Counted from the first letter of the stretch, positions 34,206-43,746 are shown. The stretch: DNA of 53,455 bases from an archaeon (GCA_030679115.1 JAUXTS010000009.1:1-53455), one strand, 5' to 3'. Made by a program: numbers and translations. Notes: generated by a model not told the origin, from the letters alone.

Positions 34206-35522
34206 ATGTTAAATAGTATTAAAGAAGCGGTAAAAAAATTAGATGAACTTAGCAAACAAAAAAAGATTTGCGTAATAAGTCATTATGATACAGATGGAAT
34301 TACTTCTGCTGCGATTATCTCCCGTGCCCTTTCCCGTTGGAATAAGCAATTCTCCATAAAAATAATAAAAGGAATAGAAGAAGAAATCATAAATGCTCTT
34401 CCGGAAAAAGAAATTCTCCTTTTCTTGGATTTAGCTTCAAATAGTCTGGATTATCTCGCCAAAAAAAATACTGAAATCTTCATTTTAGACCATCATGAAA
34501 TAACTCAAGAAATTCCACAAAATGTAACTATAATTAATCCCTTAATTTTCAAAGAAGAACCAATTTCTGGGGCAGGACTGAGTTATCTATTTGCAAAAAC
34601 AATATCCCAAGAAAATCGTGATTTAGCAACTCTTGCAGTTATAGGTATGATAGGAGATACATTAGAAACAGATATTGGAAAATTAAACAGTGAAATAATA
34701 AAGGATTCTGAAACTATAATCCGAAAAGGGCTTCTTATTTATCCATCTACACGCCCGCTTGATAGAACCTTAGAATATTCTTCAAGTCCCTATATCCCTG
34801 GTGTTACTGGTTCGTTCAAAGGCACATTAGAATTATTAAAAGATGCCAACATAACTACTAAAAATGGATATTATAAATCATTAACAGAGTTAACAGATGA
34901 AGAAATGGGTAGTTTAATCACTGCAGTTATGCTTAGATGTGCGAACACAAAACAGCAGACAAACCTAATAGGAAATCTTTACCTTGTTAAATTCTTTAAT
35001 AAAATGGAAGATGCTAGGGAGATATCTGCTTTAATTAACGCCTGTAGTAGAATGGATTGCCCGAATATCAGTCTTGGATTTTGCTTAGGAAATAAAAAAT
35101 TCAAAGAAGAAGCAGAAAAGATATATATAAAATACAAACAGCATTTAATTTCCGCATTAAAATATGTTGAAGAATTAGAAAAAATTACTGGAAAAGATTA
35201 TGCAATAATCAATACAAAGGATTATGTAAAAGATACTATTATTGGAACAGTTACATCAATAATCTCTCGTTCTCCAGTCTATTCTGAAGGCACAATTATA
35301 GTGGCTCTGGCTTATAATAAAGATAAAATAAAGGTTTCTGCAAGAATAGCTGGACGCCACGGACGTAATGTTCGTGAAGTCTTGAGCAAAGTAGTGGTTC
35401 CTCTCGGAGGAGAAGTCGGAGGGCACCCCAATGCTGCAGGTTGCCTTATATCTAAAGAACTTGAAGGAAAATTCATCGAAGAGCTTAAAAAAACACTTGA
35501 AATAGAAGTAGTAAAAGTTTAA
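34206..35522 (+). CDS. DHH-family phosphoesterase, RecJ/GAN-like
   Basis: ISHYDTDGITSAAI, FILDHH, and a DHHA1 GGEVGGHPNAAG motif. Sits in the conserved archaeal position next to rps15. Confidence 0.8.
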   Translation: MLNSIKEAVKKLDELSKQKKICVISHYDTDGITSAAIISRALSRWNKQFSIKIIKGIEEEIINALPEKEILLFLDLASNSLDYLAKKNTEIFILDHHEITQEIPQNVTIINPLIFKEEPISGAGLSYLFAKTISQENRDLATLAVIGMIGDTLETDIGKLNSEIIKDSETIIRKGLLIYPSTRPLDRTLEYSSSPYIPGVTGSFKGTLELLKDANITTKNGYYKSLTELTDEEMGSLITAVMLRCANTKQQTNLIGNLYLVKFFNKMEDAREISALINACSRMDCPNISLGFCLGNKKFKEEAEKIYIKYKQHLISALKYVEELEKITGKDYAIINTKDYVKDTIIGTVTSIISRSPVYSEGTIIVALAYNKDKIKVSARIAGRHGRNVREVLSKVVVPLGGEVGGHPNAAGCLISKELEGKFIEELKKTLEIEVVKV

Positions 35523-35690
35523 ACATTCAATCTCGTAAAATTTAAAGGATTAAAGCTTCGTGTAAGCAAATCTTAAAAACTTCAATCTCGTAAGACCTCA
35601 AGGATGTAAATCCTTGATGGCCGTCAAGAACTGAAAGTTCTTGAGAGTTGAAGGAGTAAAGATTGCAGCGCAATCTTTAAAATCCCTCCA
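35523..35690 (+). repeat. Orphan cluster of hairpin modules (possible structured RNA)
   Basis: Direct repeat ATTCAATCTCGTAA / CTTCAATCTCGTAA (35525, 35580). An H1-variant outer stem CTTCAATCTC...GAGAGTTGAAG (35580-35653) encloses TCAAGGATGTAAATCCTTGA and TCAAGAACTGAAAGTTCTTGA. It is followed by TAAAGATTGCAGCGCAATCTTTA (35657-35679). Confidence 0.6.
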
Positions 35691-35703
35691 ATAATCTATT
35701 TCT

Positions 35704-35877
35704 ATGGTAAAAAGCAGATTCCTCAAACTAACCTGTCCAAGATGTCAGAATAATCAAACTATATTTGGAAAAGCATGTTTAGAGATAAAATGCATAAAAT
35801 GCAATTATCTTCTCAATAAATCTGGTGGCGGAAAAACAAAAATAAGAGCAAAAATAAAGGAGGTTCTATGGAAATAA
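35704..35877 (+). CDS. rps27e: 30S ribosomal protein S27e
   Basis: Below the track cutoff. Translation: MVKSRFLKLTCPRCQNNQTIFGKACLEIKCIKCNYLLNKSGGGKTKIRAKIKEVLWK (C4 zinc ribbon). Overlaps the start of aIF2-alpha. Confidence 0.85.
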   Translation: MVKSRFLKLTCPRCQNNQTIFGKACLEIKCIKCNYLLNKSGGGKTKIRAKIKEVLWK

Positions 35878-36566
35878 AAGAAGGAGATATTGTTCTCTGT
35901 ACTGTAAAAAGTATGGAAGGCACAACTGTTTTCGTACATATTGAAGAAAATGGAGAAGGTTCGATTACCCTTTCTGAAGTTGCAGCAGGAAGAATTAGAA
36001 ATATCCGAGAATATGTTGTGCCAAATAAAAAAATAGTTTGTAAAGTTTTAAAAATTTCTGGGAAGCATGTAGAATTAAGCTTAAGAAGAGTAACAGGAAA
36101 AGAACGTGAGGAAGTAGTAGAAAGAAGCAAAAAAGAACTGGCTTTCAAAAATATTTTAAAAACAATTTCAAAAAATCCTGAAAAAATCATAGAAAAAATA
36201 AAAAAGAAATATGAATTGGTGGATTTCTTTGACAGAGCAAAAGAAAATAATTCTATTCTTAATGAAGTATTAACAAAAGATGAAGCGCAAAGTCTTTTAA
36301 AAATATTTTCAGAAAAACACGAGAAAGAAAAAGTTGCAAAGAGAACCATTACACTGAAAACCCTATCTCCTTCAGGATTATATGATATTCAAGATTCCAT
36401 TAAAGTGAAAAATGCGGAAATTCGTTATCTGGGCTCTTCAAAATTTTCCATTTCAGTAACAGGCAAGGATTTCAAGGAAGCAAATCTTAAAATCCAATCT
36501 ATAATTCAGCAGATAGAAAAAAAAGCAAAAGAAAAAAAGATTGATTTTTCCTCAGACGAAAAATGA
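35868..36566 (+). CDS. eif2a: Translation initiation factor aIF-2 alpha subunit
   Basis: N-terminal S1 domain EGDIVLCTVKSMEGTTVFVHIEENGEGSITLSEVAAGRIRNIREYV...VCKVLKISGKHVELSLRRV. Sits in the conserved S27e-aIF2alpha-Nop10 gene order. Confidence 0.85.
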   Translation: MEIKEGDIVLCTVKSMEGTTVFVHIEENGEGSITLSEVAAGRIRNIREYVVPNKKIVCKVLKISGKHVELSLRRVTGKEREEVVERSKKELAFKNILKTISKNPEKIIEKIKKKYELVDFFDRAKENNSILNEVLTKDEAQSLLKIFSEKHEKEKVAKRTITLKTLSPSGLYDIQDSIKVKNAEIRYLGSSKFSISVTGKDFKEANLKIQSIIQQIEKKAKEKKIDFSSDEK

Positions 36567-36712
36567 CAAAACTAAGATATCATCTTAAAGATGGCAAGAA
36601 AATTTACACTTTGAAAGAATCCGTAGATGACGTTCAAACCAAAGATGCACATTATAAATTTATAAAAATCAGAGGCATTAAAGAAAAAGCTTTAAATAAA
36701 GAACAAGATTAA
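36563..36712 (+). CDS. nop10: H/ACA RNP protein Nop10 (no zinc ribbon)
   Basis: Below the track cutoff. MTKLRYHLKDGKKIYTLKESVDDVQTKDAHYKFIKIRGIKEKALNKEQD carries the YTLK core. ATGA overlap with eif2a and the conserved operon position support the call. Confidence 0.65.
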   Translation: MTKLRYHLKDGKKIYTLKESVDDVQTKDAHYKFIKIRGIKEKALNKEQD

Positions 36713-36719
36713 ACAGATT

Positions 36720-37178
36720 ATGGACAAAAAGAGCAAATCCTTTCTAGTTTTATGTTTTATTGCCGCACTTCTGATAGGAATTATTATCACTGAATTTATT
36801 TTAATAACTTCTACTACCTTCGTTAAAGGATATTACCCTCTGTATATTATGATAATCTTAATTTTTTCAGCAATATCATTATTAACATATCTTAGTTTTA
36901 GTTCGTTTGACATCCAAGAAAAGACAATTTTATTTTTAACGCTTACGCTAAGTATAATAATCTCAATACCTGCATTTATTGGAGATTATTTCTTAAGAAT
37001 GTCTTTAAATTTAATAAGTACTAGGATAACGAATCAGTCAGGGGGAGAAGTCGCAAGTTTATCTGCAATGTTTAACATAAACGGTATGCTAAACATCTGG
37101 CTGTTAATCGCTTTGATAATAATTACTTACAATATTCCATCAATTGTTTTCATGTTATCTAAAAAGTCTCAAGAGTGA
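36720..37178 (+). CDS. Integral membrane protein, hypothetical
   Basis: 152 aa with 4 hydrophobic segments. Confidence 0.5.
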   Translation: MDKKSKSFLVLCFIAALLIGIIITEFILITSTTFVKGYYPLYIMIILIFSAISLLTYLSFSSFDIQEKTILFLTLTLSIIISIPAFIGDYFLRMSLNLISTRITNQSGGEVASLSAMFNINGMLNIWLLIALIIITYNIPSIVFMLSKKSQE

Positions 37179-37189
37179 TTAAAACAAAT

Positions 37190-37792
37190 CTAAGCCAAAC
37201 TTTTCTGCCCAATCTCCTGTTTTACCATAACCATATCATTCTCCCACTCAACCTTCAACTTCTGATTATAAATTATCGCCGCAGGATGAAATAAAGGAAT
37301 AAGTTTTATATTCAATCCATTAAAATCAATCATCCTTACTTTCCCATGCAATTTAGTAATTCCTTCCTGTTCTTTCATTTTATCAACTTCCCCATTAGCC
37401 AAAAAGAATTTTGTAGAATAATTACCCAGCGAACATATCACTTTCGGTTTCATTCCACTAATCTGTCTGCATAACCACGGCGTATGTGCTTTTATCTCCT
37501 CGCTATTAGGCTCCCTATTCTCAGGCGGACGATATTTCAGTATATTGGCGATATAAACACTCTTTAAACTTAATCCAACCTTTTCCAGCAATTTATCAAG
37601 GTTCTTTCCTGCCGCTCCGACAAACGGCAATCCCTGTAAATCTTCGTTCTTTCCAGGAGCTTCACCAACAAACATTATCTCTGCATTCAAATCTCCCTTT
37701 CCAAAAACTAAATTAGTCGCTCCAGCCTTCAAAGGCAAATCCGCATTCCGGCATTCTTCTTCTATTTCTTTTAATAATTGTATTTTATCCAT
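37190..37792 (-). CDS. udg: Uracil-DNA glycosylase, family 4
   Basis: [30 protein letters not shown] and a C-terminal FHPAAIIYN. Confidence 0.88.
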   Translation of the reverse strand: MDKIQLLKEIEEECRNADLPLKAGATNLVFGKGDLNAEIMFVGEAPGKNEDLQGLPFVGAAGKNLDKLLEKVGLSLKSVYIANILKYRPPENREPNSEEIKAHTPWLCRQISGMKPKVICSLGNYSTKFFLANGEVDKMKEQEGITKLHGKVRMIDFNGLNIKLIPLFHPAAIIYNQKLKVEWENDMVMVKQEIGQKSLA

Positions 37793-37816
37793 AAAAAATT
37801 AATAATCAGAACTTAT

Positions 37817-38161
37817 TTAATACCTTCGCCCTAAAGCGTCCATAACCTGCCTAAAACTATTTCTTGCTCCATCGCTTCTTTCCTTTAACTTAAATCCCTG
37901 CATCCAATAGCCATCGGCAGCAGGTTCATTGCTGTAACTGCCTTGATTAACTTCGATTTTTTTAGGAGAGCAATTATTACGTTCCAGCGCATCCTTTTTA
38001 AGAGAGAAATTATTACGTTCCAGCGCACCCTTAACTGTATAATATGCATAACCGCCTAAAATTATGGTCCCTGATAAAAAAATAACACCTACTGTCACAA
38101 GAATATTCTCTAAAGAAGAAAATTTTTTAGTAGACAATTCGCCAGTTTCTAAATCGTACAT
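37817..38161 (-). CDS. Membrane-anchored protein with short tandem repeat
   Basis: One TM segment followed by ALERNNFSLKKDALERNNCSPKK. The track start is TTG, so I use the ATG at 38161. Confidence 0.45.
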   Translation of the reverse strand: MYDLETGELSTKKFSSLENILVTVGVIFLSGTIILGGYAYYTVKGALERNNFSLKKDALERNNCSPKKIEVNQGSYSNEPAADGYWMQGFKLKERSDGARNSFRQVMDALGRRY

Positions 38162-38253
38162 GATAACACATAGTCTCCCTTCTTTATATAAATTATGGTA
38201 CAATGAAAATCAATCATAGCAACATTTAAAATCCTATCCTTCTGAAATCATCT

Positions 38254-38823
38254 ATGCATACAGAAAAAACTCTAATTTTAATAAAACATGATGGTTTAGC
38301 CAGAAATCTATTGGGAAAAATAATCTCCCGATTTGAAGAGACTGGACTTAAAATAGTGGGAATGAAAATGATTTGGGCGGATGAATCTCTTGCCAAAAAG
38401 CATTATGTTCTTGACGAAACTTGGGCAAAGAACGTCTTTGAAAAAACAAAAACAACTCATGAAAGAGAAGGCAAACCATTCACTTACAAAGACCCTTTGG
38501 AATTTGGAAGATTAATTCAATCATGGAATTCTGAATTCTTAAGAGAAGGTCCAGTCATAGCCGTTGTTCTCCAAGGCCCGCATGCAATAGAGGTAGTTAG
38601 AAAATTTGTCGGCTCAACTGAACCCCGCCAAGCTGCCCCAGGAACAATCCGTGGAGACTTCGCAATGATAGAATCTTATGCCATAGCAAATTCAAAAGCC
38701 CGTGTCTTAAGAAATCTCGTTCATGCATCAGATACTCCTGAAAATGCAAAGAGGGAAATAGAACTCTGGTTCTCACCAAATGAAATTCATAATTATAAAA
38801 AAGAAATTGACAAATATTTCTAA
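38254..38823 (+). CDS. ndk: Nucleoside diphosphate kinase (with insertion)
   Basis: EKTLILIKHDGLARNLLGKIISRFEETGLKIVGMKM, GTIRGDFA, NLVHASD. Confidence 0.85.
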   Translation: MHTEKTLILIKHDGLARNLLGKIISRFEETGLKIVGMKMIWADESLAKKHYVLDETWAKNVFEKTKTTHEREGKPFTYKDPLEFGRLIQSWNSEFLREGPVIAVVLQGPHAIEVVRKFVGSTEPRQAAPGTIRGDFAMIESYAIANSKARVLRNLVHASDTPENAKREIELWFSPNEIHNYKKEIDKYF

Positions 38824-39057
38824 CATCAAAAAGCACATGGCAAAAATATTTATTTGCAAACCCTATCCAAAACATATATTAGAAAAATTTCCTCTTGATA
38901 TCACACATCTAATTCATAAGTTCTCTTTTGGAATTCTCCTTGTTGAACACATTGAACCAGATAAAAGACTCGCTTCCCAGCACCATAAAGAAGAAATTCT
39001 CTTTAGAATAATCTGAATAGTTAATTTAAAAACCTCTGATTTTCTATTAAATATGTG

Positions 39058-39129
39058 GCCCCCATAGTTTATCGGATAAAACACAACCTTGCGGAGGTTG
39101 AGAGCGGTGTTCAATTCATCGTGGGGGCA
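39058..39129 (+). tRNA. tRNA-Arg (anticodon GCG)
   Basis: GCCCCCA-TA-GTTT-ATCGGAT-AAAC-A-CAACC-TTGCGGA-GGTTG-AGAG-CGGTG-TTCAATT-CATCG-TGGGGGC-A. ATTTAAAA lies about 30 nt upstream. Confidence 0.88.
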
Positions 39130-39177
39130 TTTCTTAAAATTAAATAATATCTTCAACCAATCTACTATCTACCATTT

Positions 39178-39426
39178 TTACTGAGAATCAAGAAGATACC
39201 ACAATCCTCCACAACCGCCCCCCATATCGCGTAATTTTTCAATATTGGCTATCTGTCCTATTTTATTAGGTTTCACAAAATTGCTTTCCTGTGTAACCTC
39301 AACAACTTCTAATTTATATCTTATCCATTTTAAATCAGAATTATTTTCTAATACTCTTACTCTATTCACTTCTCCATCTTCATGCAAAAAAGCTACCTGC
39401 CCTACTTGATATTCTCCTTCTCCCAT
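39178..39426 (-). CDS. Hypothetical protein, immediately downstream of radA
   Basis: 82-aa ORF that starts the nucleotide after the radA stop. The C-terminus has a GGGCGG motif. Confidence 0.5.
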   Translation of the reverse strand: MGEGEYQVGQVAFLHEDGEVNRVRVLENNSDLKWIRYKLEVVEVTQESNFVKPNKIGQIANIEKLRDMGGGCGGLWYLLDSQ

Positions 39427-41925
39427 CTACTCCTCCTCATCCTTGACGCCCTTAGTCGTAACATAAAATTGGCATTCATTGTCTGGAAGGTTTGGAGAGT
39501 CAATCAGCTTTGCAACTCTTGAGCCCTGTTTTCCTCTCCTAAAATACATACGGTAAGTAGAATTATGAACAATGAACCCATTTGCTATATAATTTTCTTT
39601 ACTTGGAACAGAAAAATCATACAATATCTTCCCATCGTTCTTTTCAATTTTTATTTCTCTTATCTTCTCAAATCTAATATTTCCATTCAGTAACTTAAAA
39701 ATAAAATCAATCTTCTGCTTTATCTGCCTGTCACTAATAGAACAACCCATTAGTCCTAAAAATGCCTGCTCAAGCTCTTTTCTGCTAACCCATAAATAAC
39801 TTTCAGCTCTCGGTTTAATAAATTTAGAATAATTTAACCCGCAGCTTTCTAAAAGTAATCTTAATTCCTCTCTTTTAACAGGCATCATTTCATAAGAATA
39901 TGTTTTCTTGCATTTTTTTATACATTCCAATAATCTTACCTGCTTATCTTCTGCAGTAAATCCAATCTGCAAATATCCAATAACATCTCTATCCGCAATT
40001 CTTAATATATTTATTTTCTTTCTCCCGATTCCAAACTTAATTGTCGACCTTATCCCGCTCCTCAATAAAAACATCTGAATATATTTTAAAATTCGGGCAT
40101 CTTTTTGTGAAACAGTTATATGTGCCCTCTTCTTATTAATATGTCCCTCGGCGTCTACAAATCCCCTAATAAAAGCATCGACAACATTTTTCTTAGACTT
40201 TCCAATCTCACTAAAAATATCCTGCTTCATAAATCTAAACAAATCAGCTATTTCCCTAGAATTAATATAGAGAGTGTAACAATTTTTATCTTTCATCTTA
40301 GTTATTTTACCATTTATATTAAAAACTCCTTTAAACAAAGAGTTATAATTCTCTAAAACACCTACCCTGGCGTCCCTAAATCTTAATCCTCCAGTTTCAA
40401 AATTTCCATCACCCATAAAATACCCAAATACTTGCGCCAGCTGAGGATTCAAAACTTCAGGAATCATCAAATCTCTATGCTTGCAGCTAAAAACAGACTC
40501 CAACTGCAAAACCAACTCGCTTCCAAAATGCGCCTGCAAATTATCTAAAACTTCAAAAGATGTTGGATATTCCTGATTCAAAACTCTTCTAAATTGTCTA
40601 GGAGTTATTCCAATATTTCCACATATTTCTTTTCTACTAACTTCTTCCCCCTTCAATTTATTGCATATAACCTTTCCGCTTTCTTTAGAAATTTTCCCTA
40701 TCTTCTTTACCTTAAATCTCGGAATTGGCATTTCTTCACCCACAACCTCAATCTTAGAAGGCTGCGCAACAAAATCTCCTCCCTTTAAATCTTTAGCTTC
40801 TTTTTCAATAACTTCAAACTTATCAATTGTAAAAAATCTATGAAGTCCAGAACAACTAATCTGATTATTTGTCTTTATATTATAAATCTCATTTACATCA
40901 GGATTAACAAAAACCTGCTCGCTCTTGCTCCCCTCAATTCCTAAAGAAGAAAAATTACCTGAAAGAACGTTATCCTTTTTCATATCTTTAATTTCAACAA
41001 TCCTCCCGTCCGCAAGCTGTATTAAAGAATCACCAGTCAAGCAAGCGTGTCCGACAATATTCCCCCCAACGGCAGTTGTAGGATCTCCAAACATCATTGC
41101 AGGATTTGCCATTACCTGATTTGTAACATAAACCGCAAGATTATGCTGTTCAGACATTCTTATCAAATTATGTAAATATCTATTCAACTTCTGTTGCCTA
41201 TCAGCCAACTGCCCTCTTCCAGCGTACTCTGCTCTGAAATGTGCAGTCAAAGAATCTATAATTACAAGTCTTATCGGCTCTCCCTCTTTTATCATCTCGG
41301 CAATTCTATCCATTAAAAGAATCTGATGGTCAGAATTAAACGCTCTTGCAACTAAAACATTTTTCAAAACCTTGTTTGCATCAGCCCCCATTCCTTCTGC
41401 TATCTGTCTAATTCTCTCAGGCCTAAAAGTTCCTTCAGTGTCTATATACACTGCCTTGCCTCCTGCTCCTCCCTGCTCTTTAGGCAGCTGCACAGTTACC
41501 GCAAGCGATAAAGCTAATTGAGTTTTTCCACTGCCATAAGCCCCATAAGCTTCCGTAAGCGCCCCAGTCTCAACACCTTTTCCTCCCAGAAGATTATTCA
41601 GATTAGAACTTCCAGTTGTGATATAAAATATGTTCTCCCTTTTCTTTGCAAATTCGGAAGCATCCATAAAACCAAGATTAAGCATTCCTCTTGCTGCTTG
41701 TATTGCCTTTCTCGCAACTGCCTCCCCAACACCTGCCATTTCAGAAAGCGCCGAAGGCGACATTACAGCCAACCCCATTAAATCATAAACGCCTGCTGCC
41801 TCAAGTTTTGCCGCAATTCCCGGTCCAATCCCAGGAATATCTGTAAGTTTGGGTGCGCTTTCCTTAATCTCAATCACCTCTTCAACCTCTTTTTCCACAA
41901 CTTCCTCTTCTTCCATAAGCCCCAC
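39427..41925 (-). CDS. radA: DNA repair and recombination protein RadA, interrupted by an intein
   Basis: HhH N-domain (LTDIPGIGPGIAAKLEAAGV), Walker A GAYGSGKTQ, Walker B LVIIDS, and extein junction VGGNIVGHA|C...HN|STYRMYFRRGKQGSRVAKLIDSPNLP. The start is GTG at 41925 or ATG at 41916. Confidence 0.95.
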   Translation of the reverse strand: MGLMEEEEVVEKEVEEVIEIKESAPKLTDIPGIGPGIAAKLEAAGVYDLMGLAVMSPSALSEMAGVGEAVARKAIQAARGMLNLGFMDASEFAKKRENIFYITTGSSNLNNLLGGKGVETGALTEAYGAYGSGKTQLALSLAVTVQLPKEQGGAGGKAVYIDTEGTFRPERIRQIAEGMGADANKVLKNVLVARAFNSDHQILLMDRIAEMIKEGEPIRLVIIDSLTAHFRAEYAGRGQLADRQQKLNRYLHNLIRMSEQHNLAVYVTNQVMANPAMMFGDPTTAVGGNIVGHACLTGDSLIQLADGRIVEIKDMKKDNVLSGNFSSLGIEGSKSEQVFVNPDVNEIYNIKTNNQISCSGLHRFFTIDKFEVIEKEAKDLKGGDFVAQPSKIEVVGEEMPIPRFKVKKIGKISKESGKVICNKLKGEEVSRKEICGNIGITPRQFRRVLNQEYPTSFEVLDNLQAHFGSELVLQLESVFSCKHRDLMIPEVLNPQLAQVFGYFMGDGNFETGGLRFRDARVGVLENYNSLFKGVFNINGKITKMKDKNCYTLYINSREIADLFRFMKQDIFSEIGKSKKNVVDAFIRGFVDAEGHINKKRAHITVSQKDARILKYIQMFLLRSGIRSTIKFGIGRKKINILRIADRDVIGYLQIGFTAEDKQVRLLECIKKCKKTYSYEMMPVKREELRLLLESCGLNYSKFIKPRAESYLWVSRKELEQAFLGLMGCSISDRQIKQKIDFIFKLLNGNIRFEKIREIKIEKNDGKILYDFSVPSKENYIANGFIVHNSTYRMYFRRGKQGSRVAKLIDSPNLPDNECQFYVTTKGVKDEEE
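39562..41043 (-). mobile_element. Intein (494 aa) with LAGLIDADG homing-endonuclease domain in RadA
   Basis: Starts CLTGDSLIQLADG (Cys codon at 41041-41043) and ends GFIVHN with Ser at +1. The two LAGLIDADG blocks are FGYFMGDGNF and IRGFVDAEGHI. Confidence 0.9.
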
Positions 41926-41969
41926 AATTTTGCTGACTATATAAAGATTATATCAATCAAAAATACATT

Positions 41970-43700
41970 TTATTTTTTCTTTACAACTTCCTCAATCAGT
42001 TTAGCATGTCTGCTTTTATTATATGTTTTATAATAATTTCTTAAAATTGCTCCACCATATGTTCTCGCACCCAGATTTCTCCATCTTCTCTTAATATCTC
42101 CCCATGTATTTGACAGAGTTTCACTAAAAATATTTTCCTGAGGTTCTGTTTCTTCAGAAAATCTTTTCTCTCTTTTTTTCTCAACTAAATTATGCAAAAA
42201 TCTTCCAGTATAATACGCTCCGAATTGTATAGGAAAACCTATCGATGCATTATATGCCCAGTTTATCCAATTCCCAAAATTTACAGTCCTGTTCATAAAA
42301 TTCCCAAGATACCAATCTTTCATAAGAATCCTTGGAAGATTCTGCAATTCATATGCATCCAATCCTTCCGGAGAGGGATTATAGCATAAATGATTCCCTC
42401 CATATTCTCCCCATCCGACTGTTTGCAAAGGGAATATTCTCCCTTCTTTCTCAAGCTTTGCTCTTAATCTGGAACCAGGTAACGGAACTGCATTCAGCAC
42501 CTGAACAGTATCTAATTTCGCTTCTTTGAAGAATTTTTTATAAGCTTTGGCTTTCATCTCAAGTGTTAATTCTGATTTATATTTAGAATCTTCAAATGTA
42601 GGATAGCCAAATATAAACATCCCATGTAAATAGAAATGTTTTGCAAGTTTTCTAGACCTCTCAACCAACTTTTCAACTGTGACTCCTTTTTTCATAGATT
42701 TCAATTCCTCATTTATCGGACTCTCATATCCTATTGCAAGAGTTGTCACACCAGCCACCTTCATAGCATCCATTAGTTCATCATTTTCTGCAACTTCATT
42801 TCTTACCTGCACTATAAAACTCGGTTTTTGTTTTCTTTTAAATTCTTTTACATAATCTTCTATATTTCTGCATAAAGATATTGTCTCCCCTGGATTTTGT
42901 GCAAAATTATCGTCTGTAAAAAAGAAATTGCGGTATCCCAAGTCGATATATTTAGCAACATCCTGAAGTGTTTTTTCAATAGACCTTGACTTATAAGGGC
43001 CATATAAATCATTCACAACACAGAATTCACAGCTATAATTGCATCCTCTTCCTCGGCTTATAGGAATTGCACTCCATTTCTTTTCGAGATGTCTTATCAA
43101 TGTTAAGTCGGGTGATTGAAGTTCATCTAAATTTTTTATAGGTTCTCTTTTTCCAGTAAATACCTTTCTATCTCCATCTAAATAACTTATCCCTCTAACT
43201 TTAGATAATCTTTCCTTATCAAATTCTACTTTTCCATCTCTTAATACTATCCCCAATATCTCTTCAGCAGTTTTTTCTCCTTCTCCATGAACAACAATAT
43301 CTGCTCCTGAATGCAGAGCTTCATCTGGCAATGCATCAACATGACTCCCTCCTATCATTGTGAGCGCCCCGAAGCCCTTATATTGCTGAGCCAATGAAAA
43401 TCCTCTAGGAATTGAATTACTCATCCCCCCATAAAACATAGCTATTTTAGCAGGTGTCCTTGACTGAAGAAAAACATGGTCTGGCTGTCCTAAAAAATCT
43501 CTCGGTCCAGAATAATTATTTTCATCTATGGCATATACATTAATTTCAGGATTGTGAGGTATTTGGCTTAAAACAGATATAATCCCAACGGGAGGCATTC
43601 TAACTTTTGTATAAATATTGTGCCTTGAACTTTTAGAATATTGAGGTACAATTCCTATAATAGAAATACCTTTCCTTTCATTATTATTAAGATTATTCAT
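41970..43700 (-). CDS. B12-binding-domain radical SAM protein
   Basis: Cobalamin-binding-like N-domain (LTMIGGSHVDALPDEAL...IVVHGEGEKTAEEIL) and radical SAM GCNYSCEFCV. The track start is TTG, so I use the ATG at 43700. Confidence 0.85.
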   Translation of the reverse strand: MNNLNNNERKGISIIGIVPQYSKSSRHNIYTKVRMPPVGIISVLSQIPHNPEINVYAIDENNYSGPRDFLGQPDHVFLQSRTPAKIAMFYGGMSNSIPRGFSLAQQYKGFGALTMIGGSHVDALPDEALHSGADIVVHGEGEKTAEEILGIVLRDGKVEFDKERLSKVRGISYLDGDRKVFTGKREPIKNLDELQSPDLTLIRHLEKKWSAIPISRGRGCNYSCEFCVVNDLYGPYKSRSIEKTLQDVAKYIDLGYRNFFFTDDNFAQNPGETISLCRNIEDYVKEFKRKQKPSFIVQVRNEVAENDELMDAMKVAGVTTLAIGYESPINEELKSMKKGVTVEKLVERSRKLAKHFYLHGMFIFGYPTFEDSKYKSELTLEMKAKAYKKFFKEAKLDTVQVLNAVPLPGSRLRAKLEKEGRIFPLQTVGWGEYGGNHLCYNPSPEGLDAYELQNLPRILMKDWYLGNFMNRTVNFGNWINWAYNASIGFPIQFGAYYTGRFLHNLVEKKREKRFSEETEPQENIFSETLSNTWGDIKRRWRNLGARTYGGAILRNYYKTYNKSRHAKLIEEVVKKK

Positions 43701-43746
43701 TTTCACAATCAAATATCTTTAATTATAAATATTTGTCTTCTTTAAC

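Noticed and set aside
22498-35690. Reading the hairpin repeats as a CRISPR array
   Set aside because: There is no regular repeat-spacer periodicity. The repeated units are individually palindromic, of several types, dispersed over 20 kb and tied to tRNA genes. No cas genes are present.
38837-39156. Small ORF 38837-39016 (+, 59 aa, MAKIFICKPYPKHILEKF...) and track ORF 38914-39156 (-)
   Set aside because: The minus-strand ORF overlaps tRNA-Arg(GCG). The plus-strand ORF has no recognisable motif, no RBS and odd composition. I cannot support it as a gene, although it cannot be excluded.
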